This document shows positions 59,382-64,000 of a stretch of DNA of 64,000 nt, piece after piece. Within the stretch, counting starts at the first letter, position 1, and each line of letters starts with the position of its first letter. The stretch is from the human T2T-CHM13v2.0 reference genome, Homo sapiens: the NCBI RefSeq assembly GCF_009914755.1, contig NC_060947.1; one strand, written 5' to 3'. Position numbers and translations under genes: made by a program. The notes under the pieces were generated by a model. It was not told the origin of the DNA. It was given only the letters and a program-made list of their open reading frames with translations, and searched no databases.

Positions 59382-61358
59382 GTAAGCCTCTCATTATCTG
59401 ACTTAGATATTCTCTAGGCCATTACAATTGAGGACTAGATTTCAGTGAGTGAAGACCTCTCCTTTGCCAAAAAAAAAAAAAGTTGGCTAACCATCAGAGG
59501 GACAAGTCTGTAGGTTACAATAATGGGAGTATAGAAAAAAATGTCTCCCACACTCCTCACCTCATGTGTGGAGGTCTCTAGATGTTTTCCAGGTCTTTAA
59601 GCTCATCCATGAGAATGTGTGCATGTGAAGCCTGGAGTAACTCAGGCTTACCTGTGACTATGCCCACCAGTCAAAGAAAGCTGGGAACACATGTCTAGTC
59701 GAACAAGGTTTGGTTTATTACTTGCTACAGCAAAAGAAATCTCACACCTTGAGGAACTCTGGGCATCTCAAGGGGATGTAAAGTGGATTTAGAATTTAGG
59801 ATTCTGTTAGATGGTTTGGGGGAGGATTTAAGAATGCAAGGATTTTCTCTGGATCAGTTATGGTCAGGAATTGGGGGTAGTTCTCAGATAAGGTATCTTA
59901 ATTATTTTTTCTAGGAGGCAGAGGGAACAGAATAGGACTAAGTCTATAATAGGCAAAGAAGCAGTAGTCATTGTCTAGGCTCAGACATGATTTTGGAGTG
60001 GTTTTGCTTTTATCTCACTCCATCACAGTCACAGAGTGACCTCCTCAGAAGCTGGTGTTTTGTGAAATTATTTATGTGAAGTAGGGAACATCCTGGCCTA
60101 AGTATTAGTGTAAGGCCAGCCACCAGCTGACAGTTGTGTGATGCCTTTTTCTTTTCTTACCAACAACATCTGAGGGATGGCCTGTGTCTACAGATTGTCA
60201 TTCCTTGAGAAGCACATGTGCACTGGGAGTAACTCAGCATTTCTCTAGGGGTAGCCAGGAGGGTATCCAGAAGTAAGAACTTCTTCTATCCCAGCAGTTG
60301 TTGAAGCTTCCTACACTCAAAGACAGAAGCTCCAAGTCTTCATGCACCCAATGACTTGGGAAGATGACTAAATCACATTAATATGCACTGAATTCTAAAA
60401 ATGTTTTCTTGTGTTTAGAAAACATCCTTAGTTTTGGAAAAAATAATTATTATTCTCAGACTTACATGAGAAAAACTTGCCTGATATACTTAGGGAGGGA
60501 ATTAAACAGCATCATAAAAAACAGATTTTTTCTACAATATATTGGGTAATTTTTCTTTTACATTATTCATTGTTTGCCCAATGATATATGAGGGTGGCAA
60601 CATTAACATAACTAGGTAAATCTACACTATCATGCTCTATTCAGTTGTTCCTGGATCACTTTTACTGTATCTATGCTCTCCTACTCTTCTAAATGTTTTC
60701 ATTTTCAATAACCTGTAACTGTTTCCTCCTCAGAGGACTGCCCTGGGGCTACTAAAGTCCCTTTTCTCACAGGCTCAGAGATCTTGGAAGGTTGGTGGGG
60801 GGTGGCTGAATGGTTACCTGTTCCTGTGCAAACCGTTAGCCAATAACTGGTGGATGCAGACTATGAAACCTGGCTTCCTTGCCTTGAGACAGGATAAACT
60901 CTAAGTTGTAACTTACCCTCCAGAGTTGCCTTGCAGGATCAGGCTGAAGCTATCCCCTGTGAGACTGCCTGATTTCACCCCCTTGCTTGACTTGTTTGTC
61001 TTTTCTATCCTATTCCCTACTCTCTTACCAGTTTCTCTTGGAGCACATGTTTTCTAAGTCACTTGCCCATGAAGTCTCATCTCAGGATCTGCTTCTGGGG
61101 AGCACAGCTGATGATGTTCAGCATTCCCAGAATATATTTGCAAACTAAGCACTGTGGCCCTTTCAAAATCAAAGGGAGAAAGAGCCTTCAGACACTTTTA
61201 GGACATCCTGTAGTTGATTGATTTCCTTTATTTTCTACCCCCTTAGAAATAACTATTTAAGTACATCAGTTCACATTTCCTATGACATCTTAACCATGTA
61301 AGACATTTTAAAATTTAGAAACATCTATTTCAAATCTATATCTGTCTGTGAGGGATGA

Positions 61359-61715
<357 letters not shown>

Positions 61716-63284
61716 TGAGTGTTTAAATTCTGAAGTGAAGGATTTCATGTCCCTCAATTTCTAGGCAGGATGCTCCATTAGAGGCACAGTGACCTCCTTG
61801 CCTGTGTGTGGTTAGCCTGTCTGCTAAGGGAATGTGAGAGGATAGCAGAGGTCAGTTTGATAGAAACCAGTCAACATTGGCATTTTTGTTTCATGCACCC
61901 ATGTAATTGCTATTCATGGTGAAGTTATATATAGCAAGCTTGAAAAATACACCAAAGTCTGAGTATCTTTGCAAATGTATAAAACATATTGAGAGCACTG
62001 GTAGGATCTGGAACATCTGCAATGATATCCTCTATGGTTTAATCACTAGTAAATTAAACAAACCTCCAGACTAGAAGAGTTAATGATTAATCAGTTGAAG
62101 AGGTTTGTTATAGTTCAATAAGTTTTGATTTAAGCCCACAGTCATTTATTTGTTGTCTACCATGTATGAGGACCTATCTCAGGCACTGCAGGAAATACAA
62201 GCAGGAAAAATATGTGGTTGTTGCCTTCAAACATTCTAATATAATGAAAGTAGCAGCTAACTTCTATTAAGGGTCTGTGCTAAGGGTTTGACATGATATA
62301 TTTCTTTTAACCCCCAAAATGTATAGATTTCTCACTATCACCATTTCTTGGGGATAGTAATTGCAGACAAGAAACCTGGAGCTAAAATGTTAAAATATGC
62401 AGCCTAAGCCACCTCTCTGGTAAGTGGCCCAGCTGAGATTGGAGCCAGGCAGTCTAAAGCAGGCTGTGATAAATGTTCTCTTAGAGACACACAGTTCCTG
62501 GCTATGTGGTTAGGAGAGTTTGCCTGATTGGAGATCCTCTTTCATACCAAGTTTCCTTTTTTGTGCAGTTTCATACCACCTGCACACAAAGGCAGGCCTG
62601 GGGAAGTTCCCTGGTGGGTATAGGGCTCCAGGAAATTAGGGTTGGAGGAAGTAGAAGCTCAAGACTCACTCTGCCCAGAGCCCAGTTGGTGGCCAAGACA
62701 TGACTGTGAAAAAGGGGAAGGGTGGGGAAAGCTGCATTGGGCACTGCATTCTTAAACTACTTGCTGACTGTGACCCCTGATAAACTCTTTGTAAGCATGG
62801 AGAAATCAATGGAGACCAAGAATCTGATGACTCTCTTAAAGCACTCAAATATCTTTAAATGGGACTTAGTCATAATCCCGTGTTTCAGGTAATCCTAGAG
62901 AAGAGAAATAATTTCTTCCCCTCTCCAATTTAGTAATTCCACCACTTTCTGTTTGTATGGTTTCGCAGATACTCATCTTCCTTTGAAGCAGACAGAGGAG
63001 ATATGTTTATCTCCTTCTCCACTTGAAGAGAATCTGCTCTTTACACTGGTTAGGTGATTTCTCACAGTCTCATGGCTCCGTAGCAGCTGAATTGGGTTTA
63101 AAATGCAGGTTTCTGGACTCCTGGTCCTGGCATTGAGAAGAGAAGGAGAAAATCAGATTATTTTCCTATCATTTACTTACCATGGGAACTTAGGCATTTT
63201 GAACTTTAATAGTTATTTTTTGGACTCTTACTTTGTGTCTGGCATTTTTTATACATCATGCAAATTGCTTATTATAATGAACCT

Positions 63285-63415
63285 TTAATGAGGTACTATT
63301 ACATCTGTTTTACAGCTGAAGGAACTGAGGCTCAGAAGAAGTTAAATAATTTGCCTGAGTCCACCAAACTAGTAAGGGGTAGAAATGAGATTTGAACCCA
63401 AGTCTGTCTGACACA
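63285..63415 (-). mobile_element. MIR element in intron 6
   Basis: ttttacagctgaaggaactgaggctcagaagaagttaaataatttgcc...gatttgaacccaagtctgtctgac, the MIR core. Confidence 0.8.
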
Positions 63416-64000
63416 AAACACAATTGTTTTCACCAAAACATTCTGCTTTGAGTTACTAAATCATTCTGATTTACATTCTCATGTAAAATGGGGGTAATAA
63501 TACTTGCCTCTCAGGCTTGTCATGAGGATTAACTGAGATAATTTGTGTAAAATGACTTTCCCCAAGCCTGGCACATGATAAGTGCTCAATACATGATAAT
63601 TCTCTTCCCCAAGACCTAAGGATAGAAAGGAGTGGTTAATGAACTTGAATTAAAACATTCTCAGAATACACCAAATGACACAATAAATTTTAGGTCTCCA
63701 AAACAAACCTTTACAATGGGTTTTCTGTGTCTTTTCTTCTTATATATTCTGAAGATGCTGTCATTTATGTTCCTTGAAGTCTACTCAACGTTGGGCCTTC
63801 CTCTCTCTATCACCAATAATTGTCTTATGATTTGGTAGTTGCTCAACTAGCATTTATTGAATTGAAATGAATGGGCTCTGAGCAATTCAAGGTACACACT
63901 ATTAGTGTTGATGTCTGTGAGAATGTTATAATCCCTATATAGTTAAGTATCTCAAACTGGTTTCAAAATTTGGTTTGATTTAGATAATTTCCAAACCCAC

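Overview
This is human (primate) genomic DNA, not a prokaryotic locus. The right third holds the promoter and coding exons 1-6 of CYBB (gp91-phox/NOX2, the X-linked chronic granulomatous disease gene) on the + strand. The ATG is at 45649. The six exons have GT-AG boundaries and splice in frame to [23 protein letters not shown]...IHGAE (codons 1-225, all four heme-ligating His). The gene continues beyond the window. The ~45 kb upstream is repeat-dense intergenic DNA: a full-length L1PA4-like LINE-1 (intact ORF1, dead ORF2, clear TSD), an older L1MA, Tigger1 and Tigger3 DNA transposons, many Alus, MaLR LTRs, L2/MIR relics and microsatellites. Most short ORFs in the track are repeat-derived or random. 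I found no convincing new biological system. The most interesting items are latent pseudo-exons in CYBB introns, a (TG)24 tract at the exon 6 acceptor, fossil templated insertions and duplications, an extended L1 ORF0, and candidate CTCF and myeloid enhancer motifs. Repeat subfamily names come from recognising consensus sequence by eye and should be confirmed with RepeatMasker/Dfam. Boundaries of older repeats are approximate.
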